A stretch of 64,000 nucleotides of DNA from a phage. Below are positions 55,403 through 64,000 of this stretch, one piece after another (position 1 is the stretch's first letter; each line of letters begins with the position of its first letter). Under the pieces are notes generated by a model that made no database searches, was not told the DNA's origin, and saw only the letters and a program-made list of their open reading frames with translations. Location: assembly GCA_014686905.1 (NCBI GenBank), contig GCA_014686905.1_4093.1. One strand, 5' to 3'. The position numbers and the translations under genes were made by a program.

Positions 55403-55678
55403 ATGAATTATAAAGTTCTACAATATACATACAGTGTTTTGTTTGATTTACATCATAATGGCAGAAATACCAACACAGTTCGAGAAGACTCATTCACATT
55501 TAAAATATGGATTGAATACTTAGAGATGATACGTGCATACTTTATTAACACTGAAATAGTTATTCATGGTAAAAAACAGAAGGTACTACATGTTAATAGT
55601 TATGGTGGTAGATTAAAACTATCATATTTCAATAATAATATAAATGAAATATATTCTATTGATTTGGCAGATTTATGA
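55403..55678 (+). CDS. family-D small protein
   Basis: N-terminal LQYTYSVLFDL block shared with four downstream paralogs. Confidence 0.55.
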   Translation: MNYKVLQYTYSVLFDLHHNGRNTNTVREDSFTFKIWIEYLEMIRAYFINTEIVIHGKKQKVLHVNSYGGRLKLSYFNNNINEIYSIDLADL

Positions 55679-55941
55679 ATTATAAAGATTTCCTACTAAC
55701 ATACAAGATTATTCGAGATTTAGCACACGACAATGATAGCCCTAGTCTAGAAGACACATGCACTGAAATGATTCATACGATTCGTGGTAAGATTAAAAAA
55801 AAATTCAGTACTGTTATTATTGGTGATGACCATGCAGAATTTTCTGATATAATCATTAGACGTGATGGTAAAGTTGAGGTTCAGTACTACACTGATTTTG
55901 GATTTACCAGTATTCCGTTGGAGATATTCCCTTGGGATTAA
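55675..55941 (+). CDS. family-D small protein
   Basis: LLTYKIIRDL; ATGA coupling. Confidence 0.55.
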   Translation: MNYKDFLLTYKIIRDLAHDNDSPSLEDTCTEMIHTIRGKIKKKFSTVIIGDDHAEFSDIIIRRDGKVEVQYYTDFGFTSIPLEIFPWD

Positions 55942-56243
55942 ATTTAAATGATATACAATTCACTTATAAGATCCTATATGATTTGTATGATGTATACCTT
56001 GTTAGTAACAACATAGGTTCACATAACCGATCCAAAGAACAACCATTTATTGATTTATATATTGAGTACTTAGATTCAGTAGGTGAATATATAAAAAAGA
56101 ATTACAGTACTTTTATCGATGGAAATGATAAATTCGATTTCTATGGTGTGCAATCATATAATGGTATAATCCATGTTCAATTTCAGGAAATAACCGATAG
56201 GGGATTTATCGAGATTAAAGTTGTGAAGTTGGTGAATTTATAA
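55932..56243 (+). CDS. family-D small protein (non-ATG start)
   Basis: IQFTYKILYDL; no in-frame ATG anywhere in ORF, TTG start assumed. Confidence 0.45.
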   Translation: MGLNLNDIQFTYKILYDLYDVYLVSNNIGSHNRSKEQPFIDLYIEYLDSVGEYIKKNYSTFIDGNDKFDFYGVQSYNGIIHVQFQEITDRGFIEIKVVKLVNL

Positions 56244-56253
56244 GAGGTTACAT

Positions 56254-56565
56254 ATGTTATTAAATGATATACAATTCACATACAAATTTTTGTATATCCA
56301 ATACGCTACGGTTGATGCTGGCGAATATCTCTACAGTGAAATCTATCGTTCGGTATGGATAAAGTTTTTGGATGAATTACATGAATATTACCATGATTTG
56401 TGTATAGTTCGTGATAATAAAATATACAAATTCCGCGATATTGTTAGTCATAGCGGTAAGCTACGATTGGAATTAAGTACTGATAGTGATGTTGATTGGA
56501 TTGGTGTAAATTTACTGGAGTTGGAGAATGAAAAACAACTTAAAGGAAATACAAGTATTTTATAA
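56254..56565 (+). CDS. family-D small protein
   Basis: IQFTYKFLYIQ. Confidence 0.55.
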   Translation: MLLNDIQFTYKFLYIQYATVDAGEYLYSEIYRSVWIKFLDELHEYYHDLCIVRDNKIYKFRDIVSHSGKLRLELSTDSDVDWIGVNLLELENEKQLKGNTSIL

Positions 56566-56812
56566 ATTCTTATACTTATCATATGTAAAAGATGAGTACT
56601 ATGAAAGTGTGTATTATTTTTTATGGCAACATTACCGTACTATAGTAAGAGATTTATATATAGGAAAATCTATCATATCCAATGGTGAAAAATGTACCTG
56701 TACGGATGTAGTTAGTTTTAATGGTTCTTTAACACTGTGTTTCAGATGCGATAATAATAGTGGGTCATTTTCATTAAACGTATATCAGTTAGAAGGAATA
56801 AATTTTGAATAA
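56528..56812 (+). CDS. family-D small protein
   Basis: IQVFYKFLYLSY. Confidence 0.5.
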   Translation: MKNNLKEIQVFYKFLYLSYVKDEYYESVYYFLWQHYRTIVRDLYIGKSIISNGEKCTCTDVVSFNGSLTLCFRCDNNSGSFSLNVYQLEGINFE

Positions 56813-57005
56813 ATGTCCATATTGTAACAGTACTCAATTAGCTCGTTTCCGTTTAGATTCAGACTGGGCGACTGGTGCTGGTGATTTCTTCCCTATTAAT
56901 GATGATGCGGAATACACCGAAGAACAGCACAAAGATTTTGATAAATCATGGCGACCTGACATTGAGTGCATTTATTGCCTTAATTGTGAGCGTGTTCATG
57001 ACTAA
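56805..57005 (+). CDS. C4 zinc-ribbon small protein
   Basis: CPYCNS ... CIYCLNC. Confidence 0.5.
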   Translation: MNKCPYCNSTQLARFRLDSDWATGAGDFFPINDDAEYTEEQHKDFDKSWRPDIECIYCLNCERVHD

Positions 57006-57261
57006 AGCTGAACTAATAGTTCATACATATAAAATGATATCAAGTACTGAGTTATCATATAGTGCAGATAATCCAGTACTGGATTATTTTGTTGAATTAT
57101 TGAAAGAGCATTATATTGGTAAATCACTGAATATTAATAATATTAATTTCACTATAACGGATGTGGGACCAGGAAAAAACGTACTAATTGTATGTATTAC
57201 TTCAACTGGTAACCCATTATACCCAATATCAGTAATTTTTGAGGTATTAGGTGATTTATGA
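57001..57261 (+). CDS. hypothetical protein (86 aa)
   Basis: internal ATG of track ORF 56875..57261 overlapping upstream stop. Confidence 0.45.
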   Translation, partial: TKAELIVHTYKMISSTELSYSADNPVLDYFVELLKEHYIGKSLNINNINFTITDVGPGKNVLIVCITSTGNPLYPISVIFEVLGDL

Positions 57262-57548
57262 ATATCATATTAATACAAAAAACATATACTCTACTGATGA
57301 AAGAATATACTAATACTTATGATGAAAAGTGCAGTGCAAATCATAATATGTATGAATTCATTACTCAAGAGTACAGGGATTATATATATGCTGTGTTAGT
57401 GGGTAGATATTTCAGTACTAGAAAATACCCAAAACTTCAAATAGTTGATGTTTCTTTTTATTTCAATGGTCATATTACTATTCATAGTTTAGACCAAGAT
57501 TCAACAACGTACTTAAACTTTTCATTTGATGAGGTAATATTTTTATGA
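57258..57548 (+). CDS. hypothetical protein, possible family-D relative
   Basis: IQKTYTLLMKEY N-terminus. Confidence 0.5.
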   Translation: MNIILIQKTYTLLMKEYTNTYDEKCSANHNMYEFITQEYRDYIYAVLVGRYFSTRKYPKLQIVDVSFYFNGHITIHSLDQDSTTYLNFSFDEVIFL

Positions 57549-57721
57549 GAACAGTATTTTTTATCTGGAGTCTTTTTTCATTGGCAGTACTGACAGTATG
57601 TGGGATTTGTTTCCTTTCATCAATTAATACTTGGTATATCAATTTACTATTTCCATTTGTCGGTGTTGGTTTAGGGTTTACTTTGCATAGTGTATGTAAG
57701 GATTACAATGAGAACAAATGA
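57545..57721 (+). CDS. putative small membrane protein (58 aa)
   Basis: two hydrophobic stretches (FFIWSLFSLAVLTVCGICFL, LLFPFVGVGLGFTL); below track cut-off. Confidence 0.35.
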   Translation: MRTVFFIWSLFSLAVLTVCGICFLSSINTWYINLLFPFVGVGLGFTLHSVCKDYNENK

Positions 57722-57986
57722 AGTACTTATTGCTGAAACAATGAAGATGATTTACAATATCACGTCAGCACAGAATATGCCCTATCCAACTAAGTCTTTA
57801 TTGAGGACTGTGTATCTGGGGATAGTACAGGAGTACTACAAATCCAAGCACCGAAGCATTATTAGTGTTTATCGTGATTATGAAAGGATTCGTATTTTAT
57901 TCTGGAACAAGAATCGAGTACGTTCTGAATGTGACCTAGTGGACTTTAAATTAGAGAATCTTTATTGCTATAAACAGGGACAATAG
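57708..57986 (+). CDS. hypothetical protein
   Basis: track ORF 57690..57986, internal ATG. Confidence 0.4.
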   Translation: MRTNEVLIAETMKMIYNITSAQNMPYPTKSLLRTVYLGIVQEYYKSKHRSIISVYRDYERIRILFWNKNRVRSECDLVDFKLENLYCYKQGQ

Positions 57987-58044
57987 TTTAATTCATGATA
58001 TAATAATGGGTAAGGAACAATAATTAACACAAGGAGTGTGTGAA

Positions 58045-58773
58045 ATGCTTGACCGTATCCGTTTCGCTACAGAGATGGCGAATGAATTAAACATGGCAAA
58101 TTTCCAAATGTTAACATCAGTAATGGCTGAACATGCATGTGCTTATTCTGTAAGTGGTGTGCAGTGTGGTCAGGAGAATATGTTAGCAGATGTTTATAGT
58201 GAAGTGCAAAGTAAGCAATATAGTGTAAAGACATATAAGGATAAGTTTGTTAGTCTTTATATGAACGAAGATATTGCCGAAGACCGTAAATTCACTGATT
58301 TTATTATTGAACGCCGAGTATCAGGTGTATCTAATCCTAATGCATCAAGCGAGGAAGTTTTTGCAGAAGTACTGAAAGATATATACGAAAATGAATTAAA
58401 AAGTAAGAATCATTACAATGTACGTGAAACTAACACAGTGCTCTTGGGATATGATGAAGACGAAGAATACTATTATTTTCGTATGACTGAAGTTCCTTTT
58501 GAATACAAATCTCCATATACAACTACAGTGAAAGAATTTACTGAAAAAAGTAAAAACTTCATGAAGCATGAAGGAAATCGTTGTAGTATAAATGGTTATG
58601 ACGAAAATGGCATTCACATTTATGAATGGGTTCACCCAAATTGTCAGACATACACTCGTTGCTTGAAAAAACGTTATAATTTAGAAGAGCATGAATCATT
58701 CTATTTTAAAGTTAAGAAGCAAGGTTATACTCGCCCCGCCGATTCTGAATTGATGGGTATGATATATTTCTAA
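58045..58773 (+). CDS. hypothetical protein (242 aa)
   Basis: RBS AAGGAG 58030-58035 then ATG 58045; track starts at upstream GTG. Confidence 0.55.
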   Translation: MLDRIRFATEMANELNMANFQMLTSVMAEHACAYSVSGVQCGQENMLADVYSEVQSKQYSVKTYKDKFVSLYMNEDIAEDRKFTDFIIERRVSGVSNPNASSEEVFAEVLKDIYENELKSKNHYNVRETNTVLLGYDEDEEYYYFRMTEVPFEYKSPYTTTVKEFTEKSKNFMKHEGNRCSINGYDENGIHIYEWVHPNCQTYTRCLKKRYNLEEHESFYFKVKKQGYTRPADSELMGMIYF

Positions 58774-58783
58774 GGAAACTTCT

Positions 58784-59065
58784 ATGGATTTTTATCTACA
58801 CACATGGACATACGAACAATATATTACATTATATCTTGAAATTATTAACACAGAACCTAGGTGTGGTTGTAGGTTCGCAGATATCATAAAAGAGTATGCT
58901 GACGAGTTCGAGTTTGTGTATCTTGGGTCTGATATATTTGTAAAAAGTGTAGGTAAAACCGGACGAATCACTGATATAGATTACGACACTGTTAGTGTGA
59001 ATTTCTATGTTGATTTTCCTGATGCTGGCGTTGATGGTGTATATTGTCTTTATGAAATAATTTAA
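58784..59065 (+). CDS. hypothetical protein (93 aa)
   Basis: track ORF. Confidence 0.5.
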   Translation: MDFYLHTWTYEQYITLYLEIINTEPRCGCRFADIIKEYADEFEFVYLGSDIFVKSVGKTGRITDIDYDTVSVNFYVDFPDAGVDGVYCLYEII

Positions 59066-59072
59066 ATTCTTA

Positions 59073-59097
59073 GGCCAGCGTTTGCTGGTCTTTTTTC
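59073..59097 (+). terminator. rho-independent terminator
   Basis: hairpin CCAGC-GTTT-GCTGG followed by TCTTTTTTC. Confidence 0.7.
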
Positions 59098-59109
59098 GCA
59101 GGTACAAAG

Positions 59110-59412
59110 ATGTTCAGTATAGATTTAATTAACAGTACTATCAAAATGTTGGCTGATTTGGTGAGACAATCCAATGGAACTTTATATCCATCAATGTATA
59201 AAATGTTTGACCGATACATCAAGGATTGTAACATATCATTATATGGACTTGCTGTTGATATAGACGATTACTATGGAATTAATACTTCATATAAAACAGG
59301 AATTTTAATTGGTATTAATATAAAGATGGGGTATTTACCTTATTACTGTATAGGATTACCAGATAATACTTTTGTAGAATATCCAGCCAGTACTATTAAA
59401 TTAAGAGGATAA
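59110..59412 (+). CDS. hypothetical protein (100 aa)
   Basis: track ORF. Confidence 0.5.
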   Translation: MFSIDLINSTIKMLADLVRQSNGTLYPSMYKMFDRYIKDCNISLYGLAVDIDDYYGINTSYKTGILIGINIKMGYLPYYCIGLPDNTFVEYPASTIKLRG

Positions 59413-59419
59413 AACTAAA

Positions 59420-59998
59420 ATGAATGTATTAGAATTAAGTACTAAGCTGATTAGTATGCGTAATGAGTGGTACGATTGGTTTTATAATGGTACTGATATG
59501 GATTTTTCAAAATATCCATTTATGGAATCAGGATGTGATGCAAGATACCGCTGGTTGAGCAAAGATTGTTCTGGTTTACATATTCTAGTTGACGATAGTG
59601 GTCAGGGAATTATAAAAGATTTACTTCAAGTTGAACAACTCGTCCATGATAATTGGTGTGATAACGATCCATACCTTGGAAATATGATTTATGTAAGTGA
59701 AGATGATTGCATATTCGTTATCCAGCGTCATGGTAATTCTATGTTTTATGTAGCAGATAGCAGTACTCCAGAAGGTGCAGCAGCCGATGGACTTATGCCT
59801 AAGATTGATATATTGGAATTTGGATTACCTGAGCACTTCCAGATTAGTACTTTATACGATATTCCACCACTTGAGTTCTTTGAAGAATTTAAATTGTACT
59901 ACAATGATCTTCAAAAATTGAGTACTGATCGACGCATTGAAATAACTGTTAAGTACATGGACGGAACGAAATTAACTGATACGGGGATAGAATTTTGA
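59420..59998 (+). CDS. FQxS-family protein (dispersed copy)
   Basis: motif PEHFQISTLYD; RBS AGAGGATAAA. Confidence 0.55.
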   Translation: MNVLELSTKLISMRNEWYDWFYNGTDMDFSKYPFMESGCDARYRWLSKDCSGLHILVDDSGQGIIKDLLQVEQLVHDNWCDNDPYLGNMIYVSEDDCIFVIQRHGNSMFYVADSSTPEGAAADGLMPKIDILEFGLPEHFQISTLYDIPPLEFFEEFKLYYNDLQKLSTDRRIEITVKYMDGTKLTDTGIEF

Positions 59999-60684
59999 TT
60001 AAAGATTTAGATAGAATTTTATATGTACTAAGGGGTGTAATTACATTACATCCACAAATCAATCGAATTGAAAGTACATTTCAGTTGGAGTCAAGAGAAA
60101 CTCCATATTCACATATATCAAATGTAGTTGGTTCACTCAGTACTGAAGACTCGTCTTACGATATTTGTGTATGTGAAGTACAACCAAGTTCGGATCTTGG
60201 ATTTGCTATTTTTGATAAAGATCAAAATCTCATTAGTATGTTTCAGTGCAATAATCCTTTTTGGAAAACATGCCTGTATCCAGAGTGGGCTATGCTTGAT
60301 CCAACCAAGAGTACCATTAAAGTTTATGACTCTAAAAATGATGAAGTCGTTATTGATTTGGATGAGTCAATGTCAGAGGAAGAACACTTTCAGCTAATGA
60401 TGATGCGTGCTATGCCGGAATACAATGCAATGATTAACACTGTGCAATACATTAAGGATACCATGCCAGCGTTGCGTACACATGAGTTTTGTCATCCGGT
60501 ATTGTATGAACATCTAGATTTAGACTTCAGTACTATTAAATTTAAAGATAGTGTTAAAAAATATATTCAAGAGAATGTTAAATTTGATTTTATTAGTACT
60601 ATGAACAATAATCCAAAAACTAATTTTAGGCATCAGTACAATGAATCTTTGTCTAATGGACGTGATACCAGTTGGTGGAAATAA
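59995..60684 (+). CDS. FQxS-like protein (dispersed variant)
   Basis: motif SEEEHFQLMMMRA; ATGA coupling. Confidence 0.5.
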   Translation: MIKDLDRILYVLRGVITLHPQINRIESTFQLESRETPYSHISNVVGSLSTEDSSYDICVCEVQPSSDLGFAIFDKDQNLISMFQCNNPFWKTCLYPEWAMLDPTKSTIKVYDSKNDEVVIDLDESMSEEEHFQLMMMRAMPEYNAMINTVQYIKDTMPALRTHEFCHPVLYEHLDLDFSTIKFKDSVKKYIQENVKFDFISTMNNNPKTNFRHQYNESLSNGRDTSWWK

Positions 60685-60685
60685 T

Positions 60686-60949
60686 ATGAATATTCAAGAT
60701 AGATTACAATTACTGTACACACTTGAACAGGCTGCTTATGATCTTGTTCGAAAAATCTCAGATGAACTACCTAAAGGAACTAAAGTTCGTGTACGTGAGA
60801 TGAATTATTTTTCTGGAGTAATTGAAGAACAAGTACTAACAGTGAATAAAGTAACATACTATGAATCTGAGTTGTCTATTCAGTGTGAATCTGATGATGG
60901 ATTAATATCATATTATGGAACTGATGTAGATATAGAGGTAATAAAATGA
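60686..60949 (+). CDS. hypothetical protein (87 aa)
   Basis: ATG 60686 (internal Met of track ORF 60641..60949). Confidence 0.45.
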   Translation: MNIQDRLQLLYTLEQAAYDLVRKISDELPKGTKVRVREMNYFSGVIEEQVLTVNKVTYYESELSIQCESDDGLISYYGTDVDIEVIK

Positions 60950-62088
60950 CCCTTTTGCAAATATATGAAGATTTAATGCACTTATGTAATACAAACGATG
61001 CATTCTTTTATGTGGATCATAAAAGTCCTGCTGGTGGCACGTATCGTGTATTCAGTTATCGTCTAGCATCATACACTGATTTCATGCAACCAAATGCGTT
61101 GGAAACCCGTGGCTCTATGTGGGAAATTGATGAAGAAGGTGAAATGATACGTTGTGCAGCACGTACAATGAAAAAGTTCTTCAATGCTTACGAGAATCCT
61201 GCTACAATGTTCCCTGCTAACACCACATGCGATGACATTGCGGTAGTGATGCCTAAGTTGGATGGTTCGATTATCAGTACTTACCGTGATAATGATGGTG
61301 AGATTCGTTGTAAATCACATACTGCATTGTATTCTGACCATGCGATTAACAGTACTCGACTTATTAACGAGAACCAGAATTTGTATCAGTACATCGACGA
61401 AGCGGAACGTTTAGGTTACACAGTTAATATGGAGTATACAAGCCCAGAGTACCGAATTGTATTACCATATCAGGTAGAACAACTGTTTGTACTGAACGTT
61501 CGTCATCGTGTGAGTGGTGAGTTGCTATGTGGTAAAGCACTACGTGATAAGTTTCCATGTCTTGCACAGTACAGTACTAATATGACTGGAAAAGATATTC
61601 ATCACACTTTTCCGGTACGAAATACCTTCCGTGAAAGCGTGGAGGAAGTTCATAAAATGCTTGATATTGAGGGTTTTGTGTGCATCCTAAATAATGGGAC
61701 AATGTGTAAAATAAAGACTGACTGGTACAGTTCATTACATCTTACAAAAGATAGTATTATTATTGATTCTCATTTATATGAAGCAGTATTAAATGGTTCA
61801 AGTGATGATTTAAAACAATTGTTCAGTACTGATGAATATGCTATGCAAAAGATATTAAGAATGGAACAATTGGTATTTTCGTGCTATAATGCATTACAAG
61901 ATGAAGTAGAAAGCTTCGTCAAGGAACACAAGCACTTGGAGCGAAAGGAATTCGCAATGAAGGTTCAGGAGTGTTTAACTAATGAACTGAATCGTCAGGG
62001 CTTGGCCTTTGCAATGTATAACAATAAGAAAGTTGATTACAAAGAGACTCTTATAAAATACATGAAAATTGTACTAAAGGATTTTTAG
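60946..62088 (+). CDS. rnlA: RNA ligase 1 (T4 RnlA-like)
   Basis: 380 aa; T4 RnlA-like N-terminus (FFYVDHKSPAGGTYRVFSYRLASYTDF) and nucleotidyltransferase KxDG motif (MPKLDGSII). Confidence 0.85.
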   Translation: MTLLQIYEDLMHLCNTNDAFFYVDHKSPAGGTYRVFSYRLASYTDFMQPNALETRGSMWEIDEEGEMIRCAARTMKKFFNAYENPATMFPANTTCDDIAVVMPKLDGSIISTYRDNDGEIRCKSHTALYSDHAINSTRLINENQNLYQYIDEAERLGYTVNMEYTSPEYRIVLPYQVEQLFVLNVRHRVSGELLCGKALRDKFPCLAQYSTNMTGKDIHHTFPVRNTFRESVEEVHKMLDIEGFVCILNNGTMCKIKTDWYSSLHLTKDSIIIDSHLYEAVLNGSSDDLKQLFSTDEYAMQKILRMEQLVFSCYNALQDEVESFVKEHKHLERKEFAMKVQECLTNELNRQGLAFAMYNNKKVDYKETLIKYMKIVLKDF

Positions 62089-62118
62089 TACTATCTAGCC
62101 TAAGCACAAGGAGAAGTG

Positions 62119-62373
62119 ATGGCTAAACCTAAGTATAAAAATGACGGTTCCCTTTCTCCGACTGAGTTCAGGAAAATACAAGAAGAAATCGATGAATTAC
62201 AGCACAAACGCTCAATGAAAGGTGTGAAGATAAGTAAGAAACGAATCGAGAATACCTTCGGATGTAGTAGTACTGAATACAAGAAGAAAAGGAAACCAAA
62301 AGGTGTTAAGCCGAGAATACATGATGTAACTCGCTATACATCGAAACGTGAAAATAAATTTGACCCACTATAA
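62119..62373 (+). CDS. hypothetical basic protein (84 aa)
   Basis: RBS AAGGAGAAG; lies where alc/pseT.x genes sit in T4. Confidence 0.5.
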   Translation: MAKPKYKNDGSLSPTEFRKIQEEIDELQHKRSMKGVKISKKRIENTFGCSSTEYKKKRKPKGVKPRIHDVTRYTSKRENKFDPL

Positions 62374-62382
62374 GGAGTTCAT

Positions 62383-62613
62383 ATGAAAGTTGAAGTTCAG
62401 CATAGTATTGTTCAGGATATGTCAGTAGTTAAATTTCTTTCCTTGAAAGATTATTTCAGATGTATCAAGTTCCTAGAAGAATCTCAATTACAGTGGACCC
62501 CATTAAAGTACAGTTCATCCAATGATACTGCTAGTATTCGTTGTGATGAATCTGTACTTGTGAAAATCTCCAAACGATTTGGAGTAGGAAAAGTTAATGA
62601 GCACAGTAAGTGA
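62383..62613 (+). CDS. hypothetical protein (76 aa)
   Basis: RBS AAGGAG. Confidence 0.5.
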   Translation: MKVEVQHSIVQDMSVVKFLSLKDYFRCIKFLEESQLQWTPLKYSSSNDTASIRCDESVLVKISKRFGVGKVNEHSK

Positions 62614-62851
62614 CCTAAAATACTACAACAAAACTGCGGATACGTTTATTACTCATTTATATGAAGAATTTAGTCGTATCCGTAAGGAATATACAGGTAA
62701 ATGTATTTTATATAGTTCTTATCATAGTGGTGGAATTGAAAGTGCTTACATTACTAAAGTGAAGTTTTCTGATGACTATCAATTACTCTTTGAATTAGAT
62801 GATTGTTTCGTTATTGAAGCTTGTTTGATAGTGGATGTTCTAGATAATTGA
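62597..62851 (+). CDS. hypothetical protein (84 aa)
   Basis: track ORF. Confidence 0.5.
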   Translation: MSTVSDLKYYNKTADTFITHLYEEFSRIRKEYTGKCILYSSYHSGGIESAYITKVKFSDDYQLLFELDDCFVIEACLIVDVLDN

Positions 62852-62857
62852 GGACAT

Positions 62858-63172
62858 ATGAATAAAGAACTTGCATTTGAGAGGATCGAAAAGTTAAAGT
62901 ACATTGAAAAGGAACTAATAGAATCTGTCGAATCAATGGTCGAAGATTACGTTTTCGATTTTAAGAAAACATTGATTGGATGTAAAGTTAAATGCTGGGA
63001 TCATACAATCAGAGAATGGTTCAGTACTATAATTCTTGATGTTAAAGTATCGCGTACTGCTATTGGTAATTTAGTAAATGGTGAATGCTTTGTATACACT
63101 GAATACAATAACGGAACAAGAAACCTTTCAAGAGGATGGCACAAACTCGAAGATGTAGAATTCATTGAGTAA
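62858..63172 (+). CDS. hypothetical protein (104 aa)
   Basis: RBS GAGGA. Confidence 0.5.
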   Translation: MNKELAFERIEKLKYIEKELIESVESMVEDYVFDFKKTLIGCKVKCWDHTIREWFSTIILDVKVSRTAIGNLVNGECFVYTEYNNGTRNLSRGWHKLEDVEFIE

Positions 63173-63183
63173 CAAGGAGTAAT

Positions 63184-64000
63184 AATGCCAACTATCACAC
63201 TAACAGTTGGATTGCCTGGGTGTGGTAAAACTACATGGGCAGTGCAAGAGATTAAAAAAGCCAAATCCAAGACTATCAACATCAACCGTGATGATATTCG
63301 TGAATCTATGGCTGGGTCACATGATGCTTACAAATTCAACGATGCTAATGAGCAGTACGTAGATAATTTACAGTTCAGTGCAGCAAATTCAGCAGCAGAG
63401 AATGGTTGGAACATCATAGTATCCGATACAAACCTTAAACCACATTTCCGTAATCTCTGGAAAGTATGGGCTACAGATAATGGTTATGATTACAAAGAAA
63501 AGAACTTCTATGATGATTTTGTACCTAATGAAGACCGTGGTGCAGATGTTCATGAATTCTTTAAGATTAAAGAGTTCGTAAAACTTTGTAAGAAATATAA
63601 CCTCCAGCGTGAGCGTTCAGTACCAGATGATATCATTGACAAAATGGCAGATACGTACTATTATAGTAAAGCATTACACATTGGTTACTATGGTAATTCA
63701 CGCGAAGCTGCTATCATCGTTGATATCGATGGAACTCTTGCTCATAAATGGGGTCGTAATCCTTACGATGAAAGTACTGTTCTTCAGGATACACCTGATG
63801 AAGAAGTTATTTTGTCTATTATCGCTGAAGCAGTTTTTCATAAACGCAAGATTATCGTCATGAGTGGGCGTACTGAAGGGTGTCGTGCTGATACCGAACA
63901 GTGGCTTAAGAATTGGGGTGTTCCTTACGATGCATTGTTTATGCGAGATATCGATGATAAACGTCCTGATGATGTTGTAAAATTCGACCTGTACATGAAA
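63184..64000 (+). CDS. pseT: polynucleotide 5'-kinase/3'-phosphatase (T4 PseT-like), 3' end beyond window
   Basis: Walker A GLPGCGKTT at N-terminus, HAD phosphatase motif DIDGTLA downstream; RBS AAGGAG; not in track because ORF runs off window end. Confidence 0.85.

Noticed and set aside
59420-62088. Expectation of a T4 denA (endonuclease II) homolog upstream of rnlA
   Set aside because: None of the ORFs upstream of rnlA shows a recognisable nuclease motif; they are FQxS-like or unrecognised, so no denA call is made
1-64000. Prophage-boundary or mobile-element signatures (integrase, transposase, attachment repeats)
   Set aside because: No ORF with recognisable integrase or transposase motifs and no flanking long direct repeats; content is lytic-phage-like throughout

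Overview
This window reads as the early / hyperplastic region of an AT-rich T4-like (Tevenvirinae-type) myovirus; essentially all credible genes are on the + strand. Layout: (1) 1-13.1 kb: about 40 small early genes, most with their own sigma70-like promoter (TTGACA/TTGCAT, 16-17 bp spacer, TATAAT) followed by a covarying 5' leader stem-loop and a strong RBS; recognisable products include a TraR/DksA-type zinc finger, a GNAT-like protein and a minimal protein-kinase-like protein; a ~100-bp terminator-plus-box element recurs four times. (2) 13.3-19.7 kb: 29 tandem, translationally coupled ~70-aa paralogs sharing an LGTNYQ-type motif. (3) 19.7-48.3 kb: roughly 55 tandem paralogs of 100-230 aa sharing an (E/D)EE-x-FQ-x-S-hydrophobic motif, with further copies at 51.0 and 59.4-60.7 kb. 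(4) 48.4-60.9 kb: mixed hypothetical genes, a phage-type Dam-like N6-adenine methyltransferase, an HxGH nucleotidyltransferase, a third small tandem family, and two ORF-free islands containing poly-G tracts. (5) 60.9-64.0 kb: T4-like RNA ligase 1 followed by small ORFs and a 3'-truncated polynucleotide kinase/phosphatase, matching T4 rnlA-to-pseT order. The hexamer AGTACT recurs far more often than base composition predicts. All calls come from reading the sequence and ORF track; no database search was possible. Promoter features are a representative subset, and many start codons are uncertain because the track also opens ORFs at GTG/TTG.
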